A stretch of DNA of 63,935 nucleotides, counting the filler, from Octopus bimaculoides (Eukaryota): NCBI RefSeq assembly GCF_001194135.2. It is 8 parts of 8 records of this genome, joined end to end, with 100 filler letters (N's around TTAATTAATTAA, not from the genome) between each part and the next. Parts side by side here need not be neighbours in the genome. Positions count along the whole stretch, not along the records: positions 9,195 to 34,398 come from NC_068982.1; 7 more parts are not named here. One strand, 5' to 3'. A program made the position numbers and the translations under genes. The notes under the pieces are model-generated. The model worked only from the letters and a program-made list of their open reading frames with translations. It made no database searches and was not told where the DNA came from. Every line of letters starts with the position of its first letter. The stretch's first letter is position 1. Shown here in pieces: positions 12,310-25,835 of the stretch.

Positions 12310-12490
12310 CCAAAAGCGGTGTGCTGGCATAAGCGTTAGATCGTCAGACAAAATGCCTCATGGTATTCAGTCGTGGCAGTCCAGCTATGGTCAGCTTTGC
12401 TTTTCAGACCTTCAGGGTTGATAAAGTACCGATCAAATACTGGGGTCGATGGTATTGAATAGTCACTTCCCTTCAAAATTACTGGCTTTG
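12310..12490 (+). mobile_element. SINE family A, diverged
   Basis: AAGCGGTGTGCTGGCATAAGCGTTAG...GGTCAGCTTTGCTTTTCAGACCTTCAGGGTTGATAAAGTACC...GGGGTCGATG. Confidence 0.7.
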
Positions 12491-12491
12491 T

Positions 12492-12606
12492 ACAGTTCTA
12501 TATTTAAGAGATGAGGAATTATGTACATTATTTACATTTGACAGATATTTGTCCTCATCAACAACAAACAAGATGAGGACAAATATCCGTCAAATGTAAA
12601 TAATGT
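12492..12606. repeat. Inverted (fold-back) copy of the PLE-derived repeat
   Basis: 35-bp arms at 12525-12559 and 12572-12606, 1 mismatch, 12-nt loop. Confidence 0.9.
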
Positions 12607-14830
12607 TCTGGTTTTGTACTTAAAACAGAAGCCATAATTAGCAAAAGAGATGATGATATGCCAGATTGCATCTCGTTAGTAGCATTGCGATGTTATGTCC
12701 ATTACCAAGTCGCTTAACTTTCACATGACTCAATTTCACCTTGCTGTAAATACGAACCAAATGGTAGGTACTACTCTCTGCTATTAAGTAAAAGGATTTT
12801 TTTTATATGTAAACAATAAAGTATTACAATATAACTTGCAGTGCTGAGAGTTCAAATCTTCCTGGTGGGACCTGACGAAATGAAAAGTACTCATCCATCT
12901 TAGACGAACGTCCTCTCTCCGTCACCTTTCGTTGTCAGCCTTGTCAAACGAAGCTAGTTCTTGACCTGGTTCTAATTATGGACTTCGTTTGAAGTTTGGG
13001 TGTGTAACAGACTCTCTCCTGTTGAATTCATCAGATTCAGCCATCCATCACCAGGAGATTTCACAACGATCGCACACACACACATACACAGGTTTCACAC
13101 TCGAGTTCCATGCCAGTATGGCTGGATACATTGGCTTTCGCAAAGTTGTCATAGTTATGAGAGTAGTTGCTTTTTCAGAAAGATTATCTTCCTGACTTTT
13201 AACTAATGTTTTGAACTCGTGGATTAAGGCAAACAGAAAAAAATATGTCGTGTCTCCCTGTGTTTGCCTGCCAGCCAATGGCGGACAGTATATAAATTGG
13301 CACAAATTAAACTGTTATAAGAATTTGAATGAACCAACAAAATAATGAAGTAATTGATTTTTGATAGGAGCTGGGTACGCCTACACTGTGTAATATCTGA
13401 ATTACCAGAGACAAGAAGAGAGAAGTGACTACAATGTAGAGTGAAATATGATTTATATGTCTAGAAGTAGTAATATTATTACTCGGAGTTTCACCAAATA
13501 GTTGTATCTGTAGATGATCATGTGACGACAAAAATACAAACGTCTGGTCTTCGTTGTGTGTGCGTGTGTGTATTTGAGTGATTCTTACACGTCTTTCTAC
13601 TAGCCCGTTGACAAAATGTGTGTAGGTATGAGTACTGCGTATTAGTAGCCTGTTCCTAGTGAATGCAACACGCTGTGTAAGATGGATATCCGTTATAAAT
13701 TTTATGATAATGATAAGTGTACGTGTGAGCCTCATGCTCACCACTTAAGCCAGTTCATTTCTCCCAGAATTAAATCTTGCTAGAACTTATTAGAACCTAC
13801 TCTATTTTCAAACCAATTATTGACAGCTCCAGCCTCGCTCAGTAATACCCAAGTGACTTCCAACACAAACATAAGCTAATTCAAATGAAAGCGAATAATG
13901 CTCCTCCAATCCTCAATTTAAAATCTCAAGATAATTCTTTCACAGATCCACGTGAATCCATCGATGCGTAATTCCATTTGTTCTGTTAAGCATAAGAAAG
14001 ATAAACATTATCTCTCCGTGGAATTGGAGGAGTGAAACAAAAGAAACGCAGTGTGTGTGTGTGTGTTGTGACTTTGGTGAACTCATTTGACTCATTAGTG
14101 TATCACTGTATATAAAACTTCGATGTTGTCTTTGTGTAGTGTATCTAAAAGAAAACTCAAGCCTGGTGAAATTCATGCCGTCCCAAGCTATTAGTTACCC
14201 ACAAGAAGGGTTGAACTCCGCACTACAAGCGAACAAACTAGTTGTCAATATTACAGTATTACTTACAGCAGCAGAGTTCGTTTCTGTCCTATCTTCCCAC
14301 AACGTTCCTATTGACAGCTAGGTGGGATGGTCAAAACACAGTGCCGGTGACAAGAGACGAACCCGAAAAGAGGATTTGCATAGTGTTTTGTTATTGTGGA
14401 ATTTTTCTTGTTCTTTTTTTAAATGTGATTTAAAAAAAAAAAAAACATGATAATTTTGATCAAGGTAGATAGAAAAATGGACAGAGTGCCTGACCAAATG
14501 TCTTGTCGGACGCCTCTTTTGTACGTTCAAATCCTGTTGGCGGTTAGCTTGTCTTTCATTCCTTTCGAAATCGCTAAAATGAATTATCATAAAGTCCACT
14601 AAGTGGAACAAGTTTCTAACAAACTAAATATTAGTCATGTATTGTGTCCTACCCTCTAATTTGTAGCCCTCCTTATGACCATATATAAATCATTATATAT
14701 ATATATTGAAGAATTGGTACAACACTACACTAAATGTTTCATGCTATTTTCCTCCACATTTCTTTACCTCAATATAACTTCGGCGATCGTTGAAATAAGT
14801 ACCATTAATAAACACTGAGGGTTTTTTCTT

Positions 14831-14863
<33 letters not shown>

Positions 14864-15826
14864 TGCATTGATTTATATTCTTTGTCTCTCCACTTCTCCC
14901 GCCCTATAAATTTATGTCCCCGAGTCACTGTAAGAAATTAATAATCTTCACTAAAAGCTTTACGATATCTATTGTCTCGCCGTTATCGATTCCAGGGTCG
15001 ATATAAAAAAAAAAAGTTTCTATCATTCAGTTCGGGTCGATTCTATTTAGCATAGAGTAACAAACATCCTTTCCTCTATAAACGTAAGCTAAACAGGCGG
15101 TGACTTGGCAAGAACAGTGGAGTGCCGTAGGAAATGTTTTACAATATTTCAGTTGGTGGCGCCGATTAAAAAAATAGCTAATGTGATATACAAGTGTGGT
15201 GGGGACATTAATCTCCTCTCTCTCCTCGCCGCAAAGTTCTGTCTCTTTTGCGGTTTCGATTTCTGATCGAGCCATTTTATTTGCTATTCGTACGGCTTTC
15301 TGCCTCTGCAATTGAGACGGTTGAAACCTCTTGCTTGCAATATTTCTCATGTCCTTGATGAATAACACACGATATCAAAATCCTAGTCTTCCATAATAAT
15401 ATTACAATGCTCTATAGATACTTAGTTAAGATATATATATATATATATACGTATAAAAGTTTTGGGGGGGGGGGGGTTAAATAGTGTATCTTTTTGTAAA
15501 CTTATGGCAAATCGATATTGCCAATCCAGTTTCACCAACCCTACTTCGGTTGTTAATGACTTTAACATTAGAAAAGGCAGGCCAATACTAGATTTAAATA
15601 GTAAAATAGGTATGTTGGAAATCAGTAGCATAGGAAGTAAATTCTTGTTTGGTCTGAATGTACGTCACTTTTATTCACTTCGTTGCGTCCATTATGTACC
15701 TTCAGAAGAATGCATCAATGTCGTCATCCGCAGTTGGAAACTTGTGGTAGTACACGTTGTCCCTTAATAGTTATGATATTGAAGTTGGCATTTTTTTTTT
15801 TTTTTGTCGATATTAGTCTGAGGGAA

Positions 15827-16035
15827 GGCGGTGAGTTGGCAGAACGCCGGGCAAAATGTTTAGCGGCATTTCGTTCGTCTTTACGTTCTGAGTTCAAATT
15901 CTGCCGAGGTCGACTTTGTTTTTCGTCCTTTTGGGGTCGGTAAAAGAAGTACCATCTAAATACTCGGGTCGATTCAATCGACTTATTCCTTCCCTGAAAT
16001 TAGCGGCCATGTGCCAAAATTTGAAATCAATATTA
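15827..16035 (+). mobile_element. SINE family A, monomer
   Basis: GGCGGTGAGTTGGCAGAAC...GAGTTCAAATTCTGCCGAGGTCGACTTTG...GGGGTCGGTAAAAGAAGTACC. Confidence 0.88.
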
Positions 16036-16879
16036 GTCCGAAGCCTCTGGTATTTAGGTGAGTAAACTATGTTGAACACTATATTTGTAAGGGCTAAATA
16101 ACGAGCTCCTGGCAGAGTATGGCTACACCATTTTGATTGCTTGTCACAATACATTTTACAAAGGTACTACTACTACTACTTATACCTTTAGTATCAGAGA
16201 AACAAGTGACTGAAGGATGGGTGTATGAACATCATCCACGGAAATGTTGACGTATGGTAAATATCGATGAATCAATCACATGAAGGAGCATTGGAGATGT
16301 GTAGTGGCCTCCAATTTGAGATTGAAACTGCATCGCGGTAGGGTCACCCAGAGATAATTTAACGCCTCATACTTCAGTAACTGTTTTCTCATATCAACAC
16401 AAAGCCAAATATAACGAACAGAAATAATAAAACTAAGATCGATGATGATTAAGAGGCGGCGGGGGGAGGGAGCAGTTTGTGACGAATTGTCATCTTGTTC
16501 CGAATTGATAAAATTAGTACCACCTAGGTATTCAATACCACTAGGGTATTCAATAACTGTGGTGGTTATATGGAGTGCATAAACCTAGTGTTTTCTCCTC
16601 AACTTGCCTGTTTCGTGAACAGACTAAAGTTTATACTATTTTTAATGAGAAGAGCATGAACATCACTACTAAATGTTTCCCTTTTAATAATATATAGGGC
16701 TTTTTTGCTGTTGGTTGTCTATTGTATGTTATTCGAGGATGGCCGCTTTTGATTTAAATTATGTCTCTACAGAAGCGTATGAATGACATAGCCTCTTTGT
16801 TTTATTTCTTTTGAGTTTTAATGGCTGAAAAATAAAACGAATTCATGTTAAGAAAAAAAAGGCCGTTGACGGTGATGTA

Positions 16880-17060
16880 AGACAGTGTGGCATAACGGTT
16901 AAGTTCGCTTCGCAATCACGAAGTTCTTAGTTCAATCTCACTGCATGGCGTCTTGAGCAAATTGCGTGGACGCATGGCTTGTTTTTGTAATTTAAAAGTT
17001 CATCCTTGTGGTACACTGTTACGCTGATCCTCCCTGACAAGCTTTAATTAATGTACTCCC
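16880..17060 (+). mobile_element. Degenerate tRNA-derived SINE (B-like head, C-like body)
   Basis: GTGTGGCATAACGGTTAAG...AGTTCAATCTCACTGCATGGCGTCTTGAGCAA...CCTTGTGGTACACTG. Confidence 0.5.
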
Positions 17061-17073
17061 GTACTTTGTCATT

Positions 17074-17108
<35 letters not shown>

Positions 17109-17817
17109 GAACATACACCCCATATATGAAGTATCATCATACGTGCCTCACGAAATGGTGAATTTTGTTTTTGTTGGGTAAGTCAGTTTCGCAGAGCCCT
17201 TACCTCTCCAAGCTCTTGTACTTAGACGACATGAGGGGAAGCTGAAGCCTGTATTCTAAACAAACGAATCGCTAGTCAGTTTCAGTGGAGATTGCACTGT
17301 TGATAATAGTTAGTTGTACCTTTACATCTGGTATTTGTATTTGGCAAGGTGGACATGCCTTGGCTTCAGAATCATCGCAGCAATGTTGACAAACCATACC
17401 ATTTGTAGTATGGTATCCTAGCAACATGGCGCTCTTGGAGATTCTCTATCTATCCTTTGTATGTATACAAATACTGATTTTATTTCTTCTTTCCGTAAAC
17501 TTGTTGACCAATACGCATTACAGCAGTAATCTCTCTCTTTCTCAGCACTTCTGACTTGAGAAACAGATATCTATTTAAAGCTAAGTGAAATGAGTTAATT
17601 ACCCAGAGGTGACTTGTCGAGCCTTAGCAAACGTGTACTGAAACATGGGACCTAGTCTACCTTATAGATCAAGCCACTTCGTTTTAATATAATTAGACTG
17701 AGAGATGTTCCAGGGGTTACACTGCTGCTTGGCACACTTTCTTTTCTCTTTGTATTAGCCCTCCTCTCCCCTCTCTTTTTGATAGATATACATTGGATAT
17801 AATATGTATGGTTTGGT

Positions 17818-17852
<35 letters not shown>

Positions 17853-19145
17853 TAGTGCTTTGTAAGACTGGCAGAGCATGCATTATCAACTTCATTTGTC
17901 TAGTGACGTTCTCAGCTCAACTCTCATTGAGGTTAACTTTGCTTTTCATCTCTCTAGGGTCGATAAGATAAGCATTAGTCAAGCACTGGAATCAAAGGTA
18001 TCGACTAACCAGTTTCCCTCAAAATGGTTATCCCTGTGCTTAAATTAGAAACAAAATCTTTAACTTCCTTTCGTGTTGCCCTTTGTTGTTCTGGGTTAAA
18101 ATCTCATCGCTGTTCAATCGGCTACATGCGTTCTTTTCAAAAACACTTGAGCAATTTAAACAAACACTCATAATATAGATATTGATTTCTAGCAATCTAA
18201 ACATTTCGTCAGTTAATTCAAGAGTGCATATATATAATGTGTGTGTGTGTGTGTAAAATGTATATTTGCATTAGTGATGTGAGTGTTCTCCCTCTACTGC
18301 TACACCTTAGCTTTTTTTTCGAAATAGCTATTAAGAAATGCTATATAACGGACTTCGATCGGTATCCATTGGATATTACATTTCTTGCAAACGTTTATCA
18401 CGTTATTAATCATACTTTGGTGGCTCTCTACAATCTGTTGTTGGCTTGGAGAAGTGATGATGCCTTGTTTAGCGCTATGGCAGTAAAGTTCTGTTGAAAT
18501 GGAGTACATTTTAAGACATATTTTAAAAGAGTTCTGAATAAGTTTGATCGGTTGAGATCAGCGCCGTATTGACTGACGAGAATACCTGGTCGGACGGAGT
18601 GTGAGATGAAAAAGCAGGTAGGTATTTAGGTGTCAAAGGAGTTTAAATGATTAAGTACGAATGTGTACATCTGTGTATGAGAGCAAAGTGACAGCGCTCA
18701 AAAATTGAATCTAGAAACGATATTGGCGACCAAGGTTATGGACGAAATAAGACCTGGTGAGAGTTGAAATAAAATATTACAGACGAAATAGCTGGCAGGA
18801 CATAGTAGCATACCAGAGAAATGGCGTAAAGAAAATGCATAGAACGCTTGAGTTACAGACATGTCCAATCTATAATGGAAAACAAAAATCAACGGCAAAA
18901 TTGTGGGAATAATGATGGATTTAAATGTCTGTTATATGTAAGGTGAATAAGATTTTATATTTGGATCTAAAACAGTCTCACTTTACTGATAAGTGTAACA
19001 AACCTTCAGATGCTTCACGCATAGCAACTATATATTTGTCTCTACACACACTTCTAATGCGAGTACATCGGGTACTCTTGTTTTTGTATTTNNNNNNNNN
19101 NNNNNNNNNNNNNNNNNNNNNNNNNNNNNNNNNNNNNNNNNNNNN

Positions 19146-19184
<39 letters not shown>

Positions 19185-19187
<3 letters not shown>

Positions 19188-19925
19188 TGGTTGAGTCGGT
19201 AAAGCGGCATTTAGTAACGGCCTGTATTCAAACCTTGCCGGTGCCAGCCCTGCTTTTACCTTTCCAAAGTCAATAACAATAAGTATCAGTCAAATAATAG
19301 CAGTCCATTAAATTAGCTGCATATCTCTTTTTATTGTCTTGCATTACGGTATCTAGTTATGTTTCGCGCTCGAATTCCACTAAAGTCATCTTTGCCTTTC
19401 TTCTTTCCTGGGTCGATAAAATATGCTGAATATTGATTCAGTTAATGATTTCTCATTCCCTATAAATTTGTGGTCTTGTGCCGATATTAAACACAAAAAA
19501 TGTTAGTCTCGGATTAAATGATTAAACTGTATTTAGTTCCGTCCCACTACTCGCTACATTCCGTGCCCAAATCCCGTCACCAGGTTCGACTTCATTATTT
19601 CATTCCTCCAGGGTCAGTATATGAAATACCAGTTATATACTAGTAATTATATTCCATCGACTGCACCTCGCTTTACAAAAGTTGCACATCCGAAGTTCAG
19701 AAACCTTTTAATTAAGGGAGTAAAAGATCGGCTTTCGATCAACCAACCAACCAACCAACCAACCAGCCAGCGTGTCAACCAAGCCATTTCCGATGAAATG
19801 GCAGAAACGGTGCTGCTATAGGTCTTTATACCTTGTTTTCTGTTATTCTCCTTTACATTCCCAACGTAAATCTCGGAGAGTAATTTAGCCTTTCGTCCTT
19901 CCCTGCAGTCTATGAAATAAAGTAC
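19185..19925 (+). mobile_element. Cluster of about three degenerate family A SINE bodies
   Basis: Repeated variants of the GCCTTTCATCC...GTCGATAAAA core at about 19390, 19590 and 19885. Confidence 0.55.
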
Positions 19926-19989
19926 TAGTCATGCACTTGAGAAATTGTTGTAATCGACTCCGAAAGAAATTCATCGCCTGCTAATGTAT

Positions 19990-20090
19990 TTGAGGATATA
20001 TTAAGGTTACACAGTATCAAAAGCTGTTGTCGGTCAAGTCCACAGTCCGGTTTCAGTTCCAGGCTTGGCTCCACGACGCTTAACACTACG
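19990..20090 (-). mobile_element. Possible RTE AP-endonuclease C-terminal remnant
   Basis: VKRRGA and, in a neighbouring frame, PDCGLDRQQLLILCNLNI resemble the RTE motif GADCGSDHQLL. Confidence 0.35.
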
Positions 20091-20574
20091 ATGGTAATAT
20101 CTTTGTAAAAAAAAAAAAAAAACAAGTTACATCACATTTTCCAGTTATTTACTTTTCTTTTATACATCTACATTATTGTATTTTAATCAACCAATGAGCC
20201 GCTTCGCTTCATTTGCATCTGTATTGGGATACAGCTTTGGTAAATGCATGCCAATCTCACTCGCATCATCTATATTTCTTTTACTGCTCCCCAGCTTCAT
20301 TCCTTTTTAATCTTATAAATAAGAAAATAATTTGTAGTGATGATGAGTCTCACCAGCAGTTGAGTGTTAAAATCTTTCAGGTGTGTGTGTGTATTCATAT
20401 ATGTGTGTGTGTGATAATAAGACCACAAATTTTGTTAAACACAGCTACCCAGGGTTCCTGGTTAAAATGATAATTTATTTCACCATTTTCCAAGCTGAAA
20501 ATAAGACCGTTTATGGATGTGGTGCACCAGCATGACCGCAGCCACTTGGCTGAAACACAAAAATAAATAAATAA

Positions 20575-20615
<41 letters not shown>

Positions 20616-21325
20616 GTATGTATGTATTGATGTGCTCTTTATATTATGTTATAGCCCTTCTCGGAACGCATTGAACCCTTTGGGAGTCACTCAACGATGG
20701 GAGTTTAGTGTAATTACTAAGAGCCATTACCTGAACGCTAAACTTGTCGCGCACTGAGACTCTCCATTCCCGCTCATAGCAAGTTCACACCCTTATTCTC
20801 TCATTGTGTGTGTGAGAAGTGTCCTTAATCTGTCACCCGGTTTAACACCACTATTTGGTCTTTGAGTACCTGCTAAACAGAGTGTACTCTACTACAAGTA
20901 TTCCTACCAGGTCTTCGGCCTGAAAACTTCCTCAGTCACAGAAGCATCATCTTACCTTCCCTGATGCAGTACTGAGAAAGAAATTCATTTTAAATCAAAG
21001 CTTTTAACACTCGTCAATCTTACATTCTGCTTTCAGTGGCCAGTTATTCATCCTCCGCTCAGCTGGACTGGGCGGTTTCACAGCTAACGCTAATAATACA
21101 CTGTTAAGACACAGGATACTAATTACTTACTTTTCGGTTGGCTTGCTGGACGCCTCTTCGATCGATTCATCTAAGGGAACCTCTACATCTAGCTCACTCT
21201 GCTAGAAAAAGCAACACCAACTCCCTCAAACCACTCACTGCCGTTTTTGATCAAAGGTCTACTAGATCAGGGCTTTCAGAACCAGGCAAATAACAGCCAC
21301 TCGTCCGTTAGTCATCAGTACGTTC

Positions 21326-21375
<50 letters not shown>

Positions 21376-22834
21376 ATGTATGTATATATGGTAATACCTT
21401 CAGTCTGCTTTAATGTTATTGCATATTTAGATGACCTAAAACAAAGCAAATTTAGTTGGTGTGTGATTGACAAGATTTATTTAAGAGTAAATTGACCCAA
21501 CGGTCCGAAACTGACTACATATTTCCCAGTATTCACATTTTGAGCTATTTCAGTTCACCTCATCTATAAATAAACTCAACTAAANNNNNNNNNNNNNNNN
21601 NNNNNNNNNNNNNNNNNNNNNNNNNNNNNNNNNNNNNNNNNNNNNNNNNNNNNNNNNNNNNNNNNNNNNNNNNNNNNNNNNNNNNNNNNNNNNNNNNNNN
21701 NNNNNNNNNNNNNNNNNNNNNNNNNNNNNNNNNNNNNNNNNNNNNNNNNNNNNNNNNNNNNNNNNNNNNNNNNNNNNNNNNNNNNNNNNNNNNNNNNNNN
21801 NNNNNNNNNNNNNNNNNNNNNNNNNNNNNNNNNNNNNNNNNNNNNNNNNNNNNNNNNNNNNNNNNNNNNNNNNNNNNNNNNNNNNNNNNNNNNNNNNNNN
21901 NNNNNNNNNNNNNNNNNNNNNNNNNNNNNNNNNNTTTTTTTTTTTTTTTTTTTTTTTTGTTTTTTTTTTTTTGTTGTTGTCAGGGTAAGAAATCTTTGTT
22001 TCGAATTTATAATGGTTAAAGAAGTAGCACGGAAGTGTCAGATTAATGAACCTCATAACATGTACCTTCTTTTCTTAATTACCTAGCTTCTGAGTCGATA
22101 AAATCAGGTGTCTAGTAATAAATTAATTCTCTGTCTTTTATCTCTGCCCTTCTGACATTAAAATAGTCAACTTGCTCAAAAAAACAAAAAAAATATTCAT
22201 GTCCATTATATGTAAACTATTGCTGTGAATTCTAACATCATAGATAAATAGAAACTAGAAAGGTATGCTTTTAGTGAATCGAGTCTTCATCGCGGTCTAA
22301 ATTAACACATATTCATAGATATTCTTATGTCTCGTCTACATTTTGAAGTGATTGTTGGGAGAAATTTGAAAAGGAAGAATGAACGTATCAGCTTCACTTT
22401 TTCATCGCTACCACCCACCATCGCTCTTTCTTTATATCATTAGCAAGAGCTGACTGGCAGGTGAACAGAAATAAAATATCGCCTTTCATTTGAATATCAT
22501 AAATGATAAATTTAGGTTGTGTATGGAATCGGTCTTTTTGTTTTTAAATTCTGTTTTCTTAGTCAAGTTAAGAAGAGATCATTTTGGAGAGTTCAGAAAT
22601 CAGATAAAGGATTACGAGATTTGGCAACTTCTTTCAAAACAATTGCACCATGGGAGTTAGGCAAGCGTCCGTTTTAGACACTGGCGTTGAAAGAACTATG
22701 AAAATATGGTTAAAGTTAGGATTATACATTAACTGCCTGCTTAGCACCGTTGCAGAAACAAGTGTAAGCACGCTCACCGTGTCACAATGCCCTACGTTTG
22801 GGTTAGGGGGATTTACAGCTGCTTTCTCGGCAGT

Positions 22835-23035
22835 GGTGTTTTGTTTAGGGAGCTAGGCAAGCACGCAATTCTAAACAAACATCTATTATAGATAATGGTG
22901 TTTAGGAAGCCAGGCAATTACCCATTCTTGACAATGATGTTTAGGGAGCTAAGTACACACCCATTAAAGAGAAGCGTATACACATTCTAGACTGATGTTT
23001 TTAGGGAGCTAGGCAAATATCTTTTCTACACAATA
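22835..23035. repeat. Degenerate minisatellite, unit about 39 bp
   Basis: Core TGTTTAGGGAGCTAGGCAA at 22842, 22899, 22938 and 22996 (partial at 22651). The linkers are related to each other (CCCATTCTAGACAAT-like). Confidence 0.8.
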
Positions 23036-23589
23036 ACACTGTAATGTTATCACATATATATTTGTGTAATACTAATGAATGTATGTGGACAAAAAAAACA
23101 AAAAAAAAAAAACATGTTAATTCAATATCTGAAATAAAACAACGAAATAATACATAAAAAATACAATAAATAGTATATCAGCCGTTTATTGATTAATTGA
23201 ATGCGATCGTTTTACTGGATTCGACTGACTGAATAAATAATTGTAAGAATGATATTTATACTTTTTTTAAAACCTGAATGTACGTTTCTAAAACAAGGGA
23301 AGAATATATATACAGATATTCTTATACATATATTTGCATACACATACACACATATATTTGCTGCGATTGCTTTCTCACAAAAAAAACTTGAAATAAAATA
23401 AAGGACTTCCTCGGAAGATTAACGTTGTATAACTATTCATATAGTTAGAAATATACAACAGCGAGTTGAAGAAAACGAGACATTCTTTAATTTGACATCT
23501 CGACTTTTGCAACGAAAATATCTTTCTACTAACAACTTCTAATAATAATAATAATAATAATTAATAATCTTATATATTATTAAGAATTG

Positions 23590-23860
23590 TCACTGGAGAA
23601 GTTCGTAGCATTTAATCTCGGCTCTATTACCCTCTCAGTTAAAATCCCGCTTAGATCAACTTCGCATTTCATTCTTTTAGTTCGATAAGTATTCGGTCGA
23701 TTTAATCGATTATTCCCGTCTCTCAAACTATCTGACCTTGTGCCCCAGTTAGTAAATTATCATTTAGAGAGGTGGAGTGGTCGAATGCAGAGATAACGCA
23801 GCTAAATGCCTTGCAGCATAAAGCTACGTTCCATTAAGTTCTGAGATCAAACTTTGTTGG
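23590..23860 (+). mobile_element. Two degenerate family A SINE pieces
   Basis: TAGATCAACTTCGCATTTCATTCTTTTAGTTCGATAAG; GGTGGAGTGGTCGAATGCAGAG...GTTCTGAGATCAAA. Confidence 0.5.
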
Positions 23861-24050
23861 CTATAATAATTCCAAAAATACAAAGAAAATTTTTTTTCTT
23901 TGTTTTGCTATAATTCCGAAAACTATTCCAAAACTATGTCACTGTGAGACATTACCTTTTTCATTGTCCTTTTTTTATATATATATTTTTACCATCCTAC
24001 TTTTTTTCTGTCTGTCCCTTTGTTTTCATATTCTCTCTTCTCTTCTATTT

Positions 24051-24170
<120 letters not shown>

Positions 24171-25064
24171 AATCACTTTTTTTTAAAACAAAAACTTTTT
24201 TAAACCACTCACAAACTTTGCTACCTTTCCAAACGCCAAAACTCACCCTCCAATTTCCATAAAAATGTGTACAAAGAACGAAAATGGATTAAACACAATT
24301 TAAAAACAACAACAACAACAACAACAACGGCGACAATAGCAACATCTATAACAAAATAAATTAACAGAAAAAGAGAGAAAGATATATATATATATACAAT
24401 AATAAATATAATGTATTATATATTATAATATATTTTTTCTTAAGAAGAACAAAAGGCAAATAAAAACAAAATGAAGAAAAGATATATATATAATATATGT
24501 GTGTATGTATGTGTGTGTGTTTGTATATTGTGACTGAAACTGGAACGATAAGCTTAGCAGACACTAGAAGAGCAGCGAGCTAAATACTTTGCAGAATTTT
24601 TAGTTTCGTGCCTCTGGTTTCTGAGTTTAAAAAAAATATATATAAAAATATAAAATGTAAAAAAAAAAAATTAAAATAAAATAAAATAGAAAATGAAAAA
24701 AAAAAAAAGTTTGAAGAAAATCTCACCGCTGTCGGGGTCAACTTTGCCTTTCATCAATCATCCATCCGTGGTCTCTAATGATAAACTAAGTACCAGTTAT
24801 TATTATATTCTAGGGATTGATTCAATTTAACACTTCTTTCATCCCTCCTCCCCTACAAATACTGGCCACAGCGCCATGTCAAAGACACACACTAAAAAAA
24901 ATTTTTTTTTTTAGATCTAATTAATAATAATCGATAAATGATGACTAAAAACGAAAAAAAAAAAAAAAAAAAACTAAACAAACAAAAGACACTAGCAAGC
25001 AAGTTTTGGTTCCTTTAGAGAGTGGATATGAAATTGAAAAAATATATAAAAATATTGAAAAATC

Positions 25065-25152
25065 ATTATCATTATTATTGTTGTTGTTATTATTATTATT
25101 ATTATTATTATCATTATTATTATTATTATTATTATTATCATTATTATTATTA

Positions 25153-25189
<37 letters not shown>

Positions 25190-25190
25190 G
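25065..25190. repeat. (TTA)n/(TCA) microsatellite
   Basis: Directly visible. Confidence 0.95.
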
Positions 25191-25400
25191 AACGCTCATT
25201 AAATTATATGGACATATTTTCTTCTTAACAAGAAAAAAAGGCAACACAAAATGAAGAAAAAGAAATGATTTTTTTTTTTTTTACAAATTCACTACAAAAC
25301 CAAAAAAAGATAATTTCAGTAAATAAAACGATGCCATATTGTTCTCTCAATTCACACGTAGGGGTCTTTTTTGTTTTTTTTTTTGTTTATTAATATTATA

Positions 25401-25433
<33 letters not shown>

Positions 25434-25835
25434 TTTTTGCTTTGTACATAAAAAATAAAATTTTCAAAAATTCCCTACGATTTTGTATTAGTCTAATTAT
25501 TGTTTTTTGTTCGTATATTTATTTGTTGTCATTGTTGTTTTATTTCCCTCCTACTACAACCCCTACGTGGTCGATGACAACAGAGTTGTTTTTATTGGAC
25601 ACCAAGGGTTCGCAAAAAAAGATCGAGCATGTTGTTACAAATGATACAATACAATATAATGTACGAGATACATAAAAGTGTTTAAACAATAAAATAACAG
25701 GAAAAAAGAAAAATATTCAACCCCGCCCCACTAAAAATAAAGTGAGTGGCAACATTTGAGGATTAGGCGTGGAACCCCCACAAAACCTCTGCCACTCTGA
25801 CCACTAAAGCAAGTACGCTCTCCCTACCTTCCTAA

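Noticed and set aside
12944-12992. Hairpin with 10-bp perfect base (TCAAACGAAG/CTTCGTTTGA) as a possible pre-miRNA
   Set aside because: The upper stem pairs poorly and I recognise no known miRNA; small-RNA data would be needed.
22835-23035. CRISPR-like repeat/spacer appearance
   Set aside because: The spacers are homologous to one another and irregular in length, there are no cas genes, and the context is eukaryotic; it is a decayed minisatellite.
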